A DNA stretch of 64,000 bases from Pseudovirgaria hyperparasitica (taxonomy: Eukaryota): NCBI GenBank assembly GCA_010093815.1, contig ML996572.1, one strand, 5' to 3'. This document shows, piece after piece, positions 40,001 through 47,108 of the stretch. Below the pieces are notes generated by a model, which was given only the letters and a program-made list of their open reading frames with translations, was not told the origin of the DNA and did no database searches. The stretch's first letter is position 1; each line of letters begins with the position of its first letter. A program made the position numbers and the translations under genes.

Positions 40001-40483
40001 CAGGAGATTGCGACGTTTTACCAAGGAGCCAGCGCTCCGTTGCTGCAAAGCTTCCTTTACTACTCACGCAAGCTCGGTCTAATACCTACCAAGGACAGAC
40101 TTCTCCGAGGATCTCTAAATTTGGTTGATATGGATACGGTTGCGAGGAACATCATGAATACAATCTTCCTGGAGCCATTCAATGATGCCAATATGCGGAG
40201 TTCGCTCTCTAATCAGCAAGTCATGCATCGAAATCATATAGGCCAACAAAATCATGCAGTCGAGGATATGGAAGATTTGCTGTTAATGTCCAAGACATTG
40301 ACACCTATCATCAAGGCTACAGAGTTCAGAGCCACTACTTTGGCAGATTGGGTAGAAAGAGCTCGCGATGCCGGACTACATCCCTTATTATGTAGCGTGT
40401 TTGAAAGCATAATTCAGGAGAAGAGAATTTTTTCATTTCCCAAGATGGTACTTGGCTCACTTAAAGAGATAGCCGTTCTTTGA
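28088..40483 (+). CDS. Iterative hybrid PKS-NRPS (KS-AT-DH-cMT-psiER-KR-ACP-C-A-T-R), 4131 aa, intronless
   Basis: Motifs DTACSSS, EAHGTGT, GHSSGE, WLVDH..VFPAAGY, HPAILD, ILEVGAGTGG, GQANYCAAN, LGIDSL, HHIVMDG, YTSGTTGTPKG, YGPTE, FFHIGGTSLL, TGAAGSLG, YAASK. The first ATG is at 28088 (AAAATG); the ORF track starts at an upstream TTG. Confidence 0.97.
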   Translation: MSTEQENVPIAIIGSACRFAGGVTCPSQLWNLLKEPRDVLGSIPENRFHAEGFYHPDASYHGHTNVLSSYTLDGDPGSFDTTFFKIKPVEAKAIDPQQRVLLEVVYEGLENAGLSIHNVRGSDTAVYVGIMSSDYENMLVQDVDVLPTYHSTGTSRAIAANRISYFFDLKGPSLTLDTACSSSLYAIHLAVQAIRNGDAEMAIACGSNLILGPNFYIFQNKLNMLSPDSRCRMWDEGANGYARGEGVAAVVLKSLPAALRDGDHIEAIIRETGLNQDGATNGITMPSTSAQTDLIRNTYLKAGLDPLTDGPQYFEAHGTGTQAGDPIEAEAIQRSLIRNCDIPYPRQRNSSDPLYIGSVKTVLGHTESVAGIAGLLKASLAIQHGLIPPNLLFDRLNPKVAPFYKDVCVPIRALRWPAIPDGQPRRASINSFGFGGANAHIILESSPNQDLMKDDGENETYGPYVFSAHSEQGLVKMLKNYITFLGSELSESVSARDLAWTLRSRRSLLPFKASFPTGNLEKLKRDIETRLQENAEKATPLGTLSLVSRRRVLGIFTGQGAQYIRMGSQLFERSSLARDTLQRLEVSLARLPVEDRPTWSLTKELNADEGSRVYEGAISQPLCTAVQIVLVNLLRQSGVEFDGVIGHSSGEIAAAYAGGYICAEDAIRIAYYRGIHIKAACSPNSNKMRGMMLAVGTSRDDAEELLQEPVFHGRVAIAASNSSSSVTLSGDEDAIAELETIFEDEKKFNRRLRTDIAYHSAHMMPCAQPYIRSLEKCNVRILRSHSKSCSWYSTVCNLTITKGDPMLDTVACSYWSDNLTQPVLFYEAMQRALNTGNFDLVVEVGPHPALRGPALETITQTLEKPLPYIGTLKRGSDPIEAFSDTLAFLWSHQETECTIDLDKYEETMQESTAKYRLVKNLPTYPWDHNRRHWHETRQTRRTRHREDHVHELLGHICPTVTSNQVSWRHFLRMREINWLVDHKIQDKPVFPAAGYISSMLEASCRIPQLSNAANRSKTVSLIEAFDFTVHRAMVLDEVSDDGDQGGIEIVIAMMDIGVEQQQNSEVIKARFSYMAAVDKDSNEMALMASADISITFSATSSAVLPTKSYSQPNMVNVACDSFFSRLLKTGYGYSGLFKAADNLKRSLGKAQCSIDPISLKTACASRLIVHPAILDSAFQTLLLALSHPGDNQLWTVFIPVRFDCIRVVPSFCQSVLPAKCITTKSASPMTVNTTIVGPSGLGFLGDLDVLIAADTAIQVQGVTLSPFATGSAESDTNMFARMRWSYFDPVAGGIALTDDISSKHRDICRVVERMAVYYMRMFISEVPNGHAARLDPTFSHYLKYCQDVVDLVDSGKHRYVSIECANDCWNDIESICAQYSELIDIRILRKIGEIMPSVFKGETTVLEHVFPSGLFADYYANAIGQQECVEWIGQAAAHIMHRYPRMNILEVGAGTGGATKSVLRKALHESFNSYTFTDVSTGFFEQTRGELNSLGLDSRIIFDVLDISKDPISQGFKYGSYDLIIASYVIHATPKLEETLRGLRNLLRPGGFIVIGENTNLELSGMNFIFGTLPGMWAGVEEGRTSSPYIPVQRWDNLLKKANFSGIEAVTPEFLADTFATSVFVSRAVDDHIELLRGSNAPLPIRPSLPNVVIIGDGSKNTTILANEVCEALRNSYGTTSKIFTRLTDVPSHILSSDTTFLSLAELDKPLFENIETDQFESFKILVGSQKRLLWVTRGRRATNPFCNISIGFLRTASCEVPDLCVQSVDFECGDNISATMIIDFLVPFKLASDLEGSLEKSNILWTNEPEIVVDSKGVRLIPRWESILDADKRYNSARRPISELTEPKKTPTAVCMDANGHFIFKQTPTLLPLSSETMLDSTTLETVYSLLWPIDTPFGSRFMSVAVISGKRCLALTETLVSVQRSANMIASAEFPEQATEGELKDILILAAAHVWSSFLLHAAFPGQNVVVHNPAPLLATVLQAHARERRINIILTSSDSDVASSKSWLHLPSYMTRREIQRALQVARISDFILFSDLDDDNNNSFMSSLPSDCRVKEVRLNLSKDIDQSPAPEQPDRRLETETMHSALSMALTKAYQARSSPISQDLPRQNNLLKFSSLTSEGSLPSHSDLFSCFQWDDEPLSAYISRLDSGLLFDCNKTYWLVGLSAGLGPSICDWMLAHGARYVVLSSRNPRVDEIWLQGHERNGIVIKIFRCDVTAQDAVQDTYSRIATDEQLPPLAGVINGAMVLKDNPIRNMSTSDLNDVLQPKVNGSINLDRVLADSKLDFFIFLSSMVNVLGNVGQANYCAANAFMSALASQRRQRGLAAQVVNIGAVSGAGYITRELGDAGVHRQLMMLGLKMISEGDLHQLLAEAIADRPKDWNGGYDTDIGFALQQSDSSDITPLWHDNPKFQRFLPKSTIQDTSDMSSGTALSGKSVRDRLAISRSREDIWSIAKETLLSKIQSSLQIEDCDDACMTMRSNQLGIDSLVAVDLRTWLLNNFQVNISVLEILSGITIGDIVDRVSISVPPELVPNVNPKPHSSESEAGFAPGTSPVEAQTSVVPKTDEDSALPMVHSSPSVQKTSPLSSSQSMFWVVQNLVEDKTTLNHTVLFSLEGALIRKNDLNVAVSALGQRHEALRTSFSERDGQPLQHVLKSSTLKMEEGRVLDEYDAKQEFERAKSHIFDLASGDVMRFILLTTPSPQRSYIIISAHHIVMDGLCLQVFLQDIEETYNTGRAVRDSGSSLVRQFAEFVTSQREALQNGLWDVDLAYWRGVFGSSPAPLPLTRARVSSRKPLTEYAVHRCDINIDKTLANKIRAIGRVYGTTPFHFYLTTFRVLLYRFLYSGRDENTDSGSLLADSDICIGIADGNRKDDNILRSVGPYMNLLPIRFGPTRAPTDATPLSTFAQELKNACDKTLEALRHSAPSFEAILDYLRIDRAVEYAPLFQAFLNYRQGWNHGQVFLNCSAEMLEFEPGRVPYDLSLDIIDNSGSNQGTMISFMGQTALYSMEDVATFARCYTEFLEEFSNYPEEHIDQPDWSFPKAETEPALQLGTGPRQDMTWSLTLMHRVKSIVSQFGDHQAIVTVGDHSRGSSLTYKQLWSKVSQIANQLLSLGVTPGNHVGVLQHPSRESVGSMLAIMAIGAVYVPLDCNHHTARLRTMLLDFGPSVLLVGSSSRTKASEIVTSSNLHAMHIINVSELVTDESVESMDLELHASPTAPAVILYTSGTTGTPKGVVVPHSSLCHEIELNSHIYGVDSDVVVLQQSACGFDMAVQQVFVALAYGGTACVISNELHGDSSAIAEAMVNYKVTFTCATPTEYSSWIRYGAYKALQQCQWRVAISGGESATEELLSAFRHLGKSDLKLFNCYGPTETTCCSTRLQLDYQTEGVYQEYSMIPVGPASSNEVVYIVDDNMRLLPTGLPGEIVISGLGVTAGYLNDGAKTKQSFIPDKFFQQVSGTEERPLMYRTRDRGRLLKNGWISIEGRVDQDTMIKLRGVRVDLQDIEQTIMKTAPKDTISHAIASLRSDEESSKYIVAHVVFASRDLNDSAERTSFLSLLRENLPLSRPMLPSVVLPLDKLPLTSSGKLDRRFVQQLPIDMLSQTPGNGQDSDQRPQSTLETKLKLIWTQVLSRREVRDIDPMTITASTNFFHIGGTSLLLLEVQSKIQKDLGIPVQLYKLFESSTLLDMTQLIALQGEALVPSNTPSDEIAIDWEREASLPRELQDEIIRTNLDQEQSLSQSTNYPPRVVLLTGAAGSLGQRILHLLLENPAVEQVFCVALRRVDERISSGTLPRSETGRVTYYEGDLRLPRLGLSVEDFALLSKTLDVIIHVGADVSHAKTYHTLKEANVGSVGELLKMSLPRTATIHFVSSGEVAMLGASSIHSHGSESDLQDCRIFSEESVVTNGIFPQARDAAHEGYAASKWVAERMLENAFSSGAKGRAWIHRPSSIIPPSKENVSDSDVYAQEIATFYQGASAPLLQSFLYYSRKLGLIPTKDRLLRGSLNLVDMDTVARNIMNTIFLEPFNDANMRSSLSNQQVMHRNHIGQQNHAVEDMEDLLLMSKTLTPIIKATEFRATTLADWVERARDAGLHPLLCSVFESIIQEKRIFSFPKMVLGSLKEIAVL

Positions 40484-40947
40484 CTTTCGGGCTAATAGGG
40501 GATAAAGAATAGTATAGTTGGACAAAATGATATATCATATTCTCTTCTAAGATAAATTACCACCAATCTCTTTTGATAGATTCTCTAACTCTATATAAGA
40601 AATAGTATAGTATAGTATACGCTGTGACCTCATACTAGTATAAAGTGATGCCCTGCCTTGAAGTCAGTCTGCTGCCCATGATTTCCGTCAGCAATTGTTT
40701 CTTGCGTCGTGGTAGGAAGCCGCAAGATGATCGAGACGCCCCGTGTGCAATGCTACTACTCGCTGCATGAGGTTTGCATGCGGTTCAGGAATTGCTTTGC
40801 TGATCAGTTGCAAAGATCAGATCGATATCAGTCGTAATGACGTTCTAGCTTACTATGTGTTCAAATGCTTCCCTAACGTTTGTGCAGGATCGCTTTCCAT
40901 TCAGCCTTGTTCCATTGCTCGATGCTGGATCTCATCGTCTCATCAAG

Positions 40948-42533
40948 ATGGCACAAGAATCCGACTTCATGACTGAAGTCTTCACTGAGCTGGCCATAGC
41001 ATTGCTCGCCATTGTGTTTCGAGTGTATGCTCCGGGCCGGTCGCAGGGGTTCCGTAACCTACAAAGCGACGACTACTTTATGATGTTTGCCGGGGTATGC
41101 TCATGTTCGAAAATACAACCGAACTGACAGTGTTAATGGATCTAGTACCCGAAGTGGCGGCAGCCTACTATGTCAATCATTTCAAAGGAGTGTCAGTTGA
41201 TGCCATGTCCAATCTTGAGCGTGCCACTCTCGACCCGTCCTCGCGAGAATGAAGCGACCGTATCAATGGAGCAAAGATACTTATCCTAGGATGGATGATG
41301 CACACATCGTTTCTGTGGTACTTGAAGGCCTCCATGATGGTCTTCTCCTTCAGACTGACGTAAGTGCTATCCACGCTACTTTGCAACCCTACCTAATCAA
41401 TGAAGTCACAGTGTACGACACATAAAGATACGAGTATAGATCGGAGCAACAGCTGTTACCATTACACATATTTCCATAGTCTGCATCATGCTCTTTGCCT
41501 GCTTCTCTGTAGAGAGACATTGGCAGATTAGTCGACCAAGGGCGTAAGTAAAGTTTACATCTTTATGAACTGTAACCTCTGACGTGGCGTAGCACAATAC
41601 CGTTTACTTGTACCGCTGAGTACCTTGGTCACCCTCTTAATTCTAAATATCACTGCGGACGTATATTTGATCTTCATCCCTATCCAGGTACGTCTACGCG
41701 GCAACCTACTGTCTTGATGAGGCTGACTAGGCCTGATGGTATGGAGAAGTCATATGGGTATAAAGCGTAAAGTTGCCCTGACGATACTGTTTGTAGGAGC
41801 TACTCTGACTACTATATTTGGTGTATTGAGATATGCAAGGATTCTATCGTCGATAAGTCCCTGACTGCGCGATCTCAAAATTTCACCTCTTGTCGCGAGT
41901 CCTCAGAGGGGATTGCTGCTGACTATAGCAGCATGAAATCGCCGGAGAAAAAGCTGCGGAAGAGTTGTCTGTCCGAGTATCTTTCGTTGCAGTGATCGTG
42001 ACTAGCTTTGCTCTGGTTTACCCCTATATCAGTAACAAATGGCAAGAATTACGATCAAAGTACGAGACTCCCAAGCCGAACGCGCAACATAAATGATATC
42101 AACTCAATCACTACGAACCTCATCAGAGGAACTAGAGTTAACAAGAGCATCAGCTCCAAGCAAGTTGCGATTGGGTAAAAAGAAATCAGGGCCTTACTCG
42201 GTGCGAGACATCACCCAACATGACGAAAATTACAGCACACAGTGGATCAACTCTATCCAGTCTCACCTCTCAACGACTACTGATGACAATGAAATATCCG
42301 ACAGGCTGGACAGCACGCAAATCGATCAAATGAAGACTTGCTCGGCAGAAATTGATGGAGCTCTGGGACCTCCTACTTCCAAGCTGTGGACTAGTGCTGA
42401 AGGTGATGATCTAGCTCATCAACAACAACAGCAAGATGATCAGGGCAGCATAGGGGTGATAACATGCATACAAATTAACGGAGCTGAGACTCTCAATGAA
42501 TTTGAGCGTGGCCAAGTGGGATTTTACTGGTAA
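40948..42533 (+). pseudogene. PTH11-like/rhodopsin-domain integral membrane protein, probably disrupted
   Basis: Exon peptides ..LLAIVFRVY..LQSDDYFM, ..ERATLDPSSRE*SDRINGAKILILGW..LWYLKASM and ..LNITADVYLIFIP. GT-AG introns present. In-frame TGA at 41250-41252 and an apparent phase mismatch after intron 1. Confidence 0.7.
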
Positions 42534-43158
42534 ATATCAGGAAAGCACCTCGAAGACTTATTATAACACTGGTTTCTGCGAGTGAATGGTACATATTGTT
42601 AACACTAACAAGGTATGATTGAAGAAGGATGGCGTCTTTAATATGGAGGGATTTTGAGTAGGGCTATATATAGATAGGAAAGTGACGTCGAAGTTCCCCG
42701 ACTTAAATAGACTCAAAATATATCGTCAGAAATTTTGCTTGTAATAGGGAGACTGAAATGCATTCGTCGCCATATCGGAATTCTTTGTTACCATAATTAC
42801 GACCTCATCCCCGTCGGTCTGTGAGAGTGTTGAACGGCGTTACGAGTCAAATGTCTATCGACGCCCCTATCAAGAATGTATTGGCGTATGCAGGCAGTAT
42901 CAGACACCAATGGCAGGTAGCTTTCTTTCACACCTGTTATTCAGATAGACATAATCAACAAAGACTAGTGCAGATGACCTTGTGTACATAATCATCCCTG
43001 GGGGTTCGGACGCATGCCCTACTTAGTGTTAGGTCACATACGCGCACAGGATACTTGTCTAGTCGGATAAGTGAAATCTTGCCAGCACTGAAAGAATAAC
43101 TTTAGCGCGCCATGGAGGAGTATATAGCATGTCCAGTAAAATTCTTGGAACCACGTAA

Positions 43159-44769
43159 TTACATCTCACTTTTTTTGAACACTTCGGGCTGCTGTACGTT
43201 TCTGTCATGATGCCAGCTCAGAGACACCACTTGCCCATTCAATTCATTGAAGCAAAAATTGAAATACCTTTGATCAAATTGATGATACCTTCCCCTTTTC
43301 GCGGTCTCATCTCTAGTCAGGGTCCATTCAAAAGTCTCATCGTAGAAGTAGCGCAAGGAATAGGTGTGTCGATCGAGACCTTGGAACGCCAATTTCAGTT
43401 GTTCCTTGCTTTCTGGGTCGCATGTTATCCCAATAAAGAAAAGCCCTGTATCGTCATAGTATTCACCAGTGTACTCCGCGAGATGTCTTGGGGGTGGGCT
43501 CTTCTGACGCTTTGTCTCTACAGTCTGTTGCATTTGGTCGTAAAAGCCAAGGCAACGAGAACAAAATCGCTCAGTCAGCTGTACAAAGTCAAGCTTTTGC
43601 TCGTCCGAGAACAGTGATTGTATCAGGCTCTGCGCGATGAAGTCGGCAGCATCGCAATTTGCGATCGAGTTCGTAAGAACGATGACACCTGACTGTGTCT
43701 CTGGGAAAAGATAGAACGAAGTAAAGTACCCGACGGTAGCCCCTTGATGATATAGTGCTAGCTTTGACGAAGCCCCCTCTCCCAAGATTGGAAGATCTTG
43801 CACTGCGGCAATTCGACTGTTGTCACCAATCAAGCCAACTGCCCCTGGAAGCTGCGTCCGAATCCATCCTAAGCCATAAGAGCGCTCTCGAATAGATGGA
43901 GTCATGATGGGTATGTGTGCCGAATAGTGCTCTCCGGCCTCACGTATGGGACCATGCTCTTTGGGGGGTAGCTCACTAGCAGCCCGAAGTACATGTTTCG
44001 AGTATGTAAGCATGTCTTCAAGCGATGTGTAGATGCCAGCCGCGGCCTCAAAGAAGTGATTTCGAAAGTCATGACGGTATTTAAGGGGGTGGAGACTTCC
44101 GTCAGCCAAAGCAGCATGAGGTTTGGCGAAATTTGGCGTTGTGTCAAACTCTAGCTTTGAGATTGTGCGTTTAAGTCCGAGTGGTTTTGAAACATATTCG
44201 TCGAGACATTCTTGGAGGCTTTTACCGGTCACTTTCTCCAGTAACTGGCCAAGAACGGAATACCCATGACTGTTGTAAAGCCAAGAAGCACGAAATGGTA
44301 CGACAGGTCTCAATTTCGGGAGATATTTCCAGAAGTCATCTTTTTTTATCAAATGCTCGCCATCGCCCTGGAAAGTAAGATGAAAAGCACCGGATAGACC
44401 CATCCGGTGTGCCGCAATATCTACAAGATTTGCATTATCGGTCACCATTGTCGAAGATGTGATGAATTCTGGTAGATGACGTCTGACTGGTTCATCCCAT
44501 TCCACGGTCTTCTTGTCCACGATCGCGTTAGCGACAGCGACCGCAAAGAAAGACTTTGAACATGATCCGATTCCGTACAGTGTGCTCGAGTCGGCTTTCT
44601 GTTTTTGTTCAGGATCTGCGAAGCCGTGATGATTTGTGTACACGATCTCGCCTCCATGAATAACTCCAATTGAAGCTCCCGCAACTCCTGCGATACGGCA
44701 GATTTTATCGATTGAAGCTTGCTGAGACTCGAGCTTTTCGATGAGCTGTCGTTCGTAATCTGCCATCAT
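43159..44769 (-). CDS. Serine beta-lactamase/transpeptidase-fold hydrolase (peptidase S12-like) with C-terminal extension, intronless
   Basis: SxxK (GSCSKSF), AHRMGL, Y-x-N-like (WLYNSHGY), AAAGIYTS and HxG (YHQGATVGY). First ATG at 44769. No hydrophobic signal peptide. Confidence 0.9.
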   Translation of the reverse strand: MMADYERQLIEKLESQQASIDKICRIAGVAGASIGVIHGGEIVYTNHHGFADPEQKQKADSSTLYGIGSCSKSFFAVAVANAIVDKKTVEWDEPVRRHLPEFITSSTMVTDNANLVDIAAHRMGLSGAFHLTFQGDGEHLIKKDDFWKYLPKLRPVVPFRASWLYNSHGYSVLGQLLEKVTGKSLQECLDEYVSKPLGLKRTISKLEFDTTPNFAKPHAALADGSLHPLKYRHDFRNHFFEAAAGIYTSLEDMLTYSKHVLRAASELPPKEHGPIREAGEHYSAHIPIMTPSIRERSYGLGWIRTQLPGAVGLIGDNSRIAAVQDLPILGEGASSKLALYHQGATVGYFTSFYLFPETQSGVIVLTNSIANCDAADFIAQSLIQSLFSDEQKLDFVQLTERFCSRCLGFYDQMQQTVETKRQKSPPPRHLAEYTGEYYDDTGLFFIGITCDPESKEQLKLAFQGLDRHTYSLRYFYDETFEWTLTRDETAKRGRYHQFDQRYFNFCFNELNGQVVSLSWHHDRNVQQPEVFKKSEM

Positions 44770-45129
44770 AAAACTCTGAGACAGAATGTGCTCGCGCTGG
44801 TGCGTAAATTTCGTAGGGGTAAACCCAGCTAGCAACGAAGAGACCTATGTGTCGCTTTGGAGAAGGCCTAAAGTAGACTGTAAGACTCTAAAGAATGCAG
44901 AACATGAAATCCAAAAAGGAGTTTTGGAGTAATATAGCTGTAAAGGTATTACGAGGTGGCTATCGTGTCTTATGCGGTACATGAACAGCGTACAAGTGAG
45001 CTAGGAAGGCAAATAAATCTTGCCAAGTCACTGAGTGAGCTCTCCCAAACGATTAAACATGTGGCACAGCCTGTAATTTATTCGCCCCGCTATATACGTA
45101 TATCATAGTTACATGGGAAAGCTTCGTTC

Positions 45130-46625
45130 GCCCATGTCTCATACGCATACGACTTCGTATAATAATAAAGAAATCTGTTTGTTACCAATGATATCGAGGG
45201 CAAGTGGTTGCTAACTATACTAGAGGGCGAGCCGTCCCTACTGACGTCAATAGCAACTAACCTACGTACGACCCCAAGGGAGCATATTCCGAAGATGCGG
45301 ATGTCCGGAGCACGAGAAACATATACAGACACTAGCCAACTCAAGACACCGAGCTCACGATCTCTCGATGCATTAAAGTGCGTCTCTATTACGGTAAATA
45401 TCTTCCTGTGGCTGTAGAGCCGAGCAAGCACCTTAAAAAGAGGTACGTAGTAAGAAAAATATCGGTAGTACTCGAGATACAAGGCGCAAGGGGCTACTCG
45501 ATTCCAACCTGGACGCCAATCGATAGATGTGCGGGCGACACGGAGCCGATCCTTACACAGTACGAGGGCAAGCCCACTCACACGACAGGAAACCGATAGC
45601 TTCGCATTATATAGTACAATGTCCAACCCTCCACAGACCTTGTCCTCACCAGTCTATTTCGAGTTACTCGGACTCTCGAATACGACATACTAGCAATTCA
45701 AGAACCCTGGCGAAATCCATTCAATATGACCACTTACCATTCCCTCAAACTTCACTTCCATTTGGCCTACATGAAAGACGCGGGCACAAGAGTTTACTTC
45801 TAGATCAAGGATCGAATCGTTTTGAACATCTGGAGCGCATGCTTTATCTCCGAAGACATCGCTTGTCTGACAACCAACCCAAAACACTCTCTCGAATAGA
45901 AGAGTCATGATCTACAACGTCTATAATGAACTCGGGATGACCACGCCTGATATCCTGGCCGATTCTCTCAGCGCTACGGATTCATAACATGAGATTATGC
46001 TGTTGGGGCACTTCAACTTACCCTACCATCTCTAGTCAGGGGCCCAAACGCGCCAACGACGCAGCCAGAGTATGAGGCCTACCGACAAGCACGAAACAAG
46101 AATGGACGCCACATCTCAAAATCGCTGCGGAAGACGTATCGCCAGAGAGTGGAAGAAGCTTCAACCACGGATATAGGACTGTGGAAGTTGGTGTGTTAGG
46201 CCAAGAACAGGCACCGCGTGACAAGCCAGGCCAGATTGTGAACTCGTGCTGCGTGAAGCGTTTTTTCCGCCTGCTGACATTCCGACATAGACGGCTACGA
46301 ATATCCCAGCCCGATCAACTGCCCGGAGATCTCAGCGATAGAGATGGAAAGGGCGGTGCGTGGTGCTGCCCCAATCAAGGCACCGGGAGTATATAGATGG
46401 CATCACTAACGCCCTCCTTCACCAGACTCTTCAGATCTTTCTACAGACACTGCGTGTCTTGTTTAACGCATGCCTGCGTCTGGGGTCTTGCCCGAAAAAT
46501 TCCAAAGATGCAGCGACCATGGTTCTCAGGAAGCCTAGACAGAATGATTACATGCAAGCCAAGGCATACCGGCCCATCGCCCTGCCCAGCACGCTGAGCA
46601 AAGCGCTCGAGGCAGTCATTGCTCT
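45130..46625 (+). mobile_element. Degenerate, internally deleted Tad1-like LINE relic (APE endonuclease and start of RT)
   Basis: LRII*YNV..YDILAIQEPWRNPF (~45600-45725), GHFNL from GDFN (~46005), and LFNACLRLG..VLRKP..DY..AKAYRPIAL..TLSKALE (~46460-46612). The 5' boundary is uncertain. Confidence 0.8.
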
Positions 46626-47108
46626 ACTCGATAAATAAGTTTGAAGGTGGCCAAGTGGGATTTCACTAGTAACCATCAGTTAGAAGTATTCTTCTATATG
46701 AAGGGGTAGTCTCAGCATTCCGGACACTGATTACGGCACTGTTTCTTCGAGTCCAGATTGCAGTGTGCGCCTACATATCGTCACGCAATTGATATTTGGC
46801 ATGTGGGGTGTGTTGTCTTTCAAGCAGTTCTCATTGAGCAACTTTGAAGCGCGCTGGAAGTTTGGACCACAGATTCAGGAGAGTTCCATCGCTGATTGAA
46901 GTCTTAATCTATCCTCATCCGGCCTTTTGACCAATCGATATGCCTGAGGGGCTGGTGCCACGAATAAGTATCAAGGTTGAAGCTTTGGTATTTACAAAAG
47001 CGCTAGCTAGCACTGCCAGTTAACGGAGATTATACTTCAGTTTGCAAGACTTGCTTCAGAACAATGTTGACGCACAATGGTTAAGGGAGGTGTCTAGTCT
47101 GTGAGTTT

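Noticed and set aside
28985..40128. Many small ORFs overlapping the PKS-NRPS
   Set aside because: Alternative-frame and antisense shadows with no recognisable motifs.
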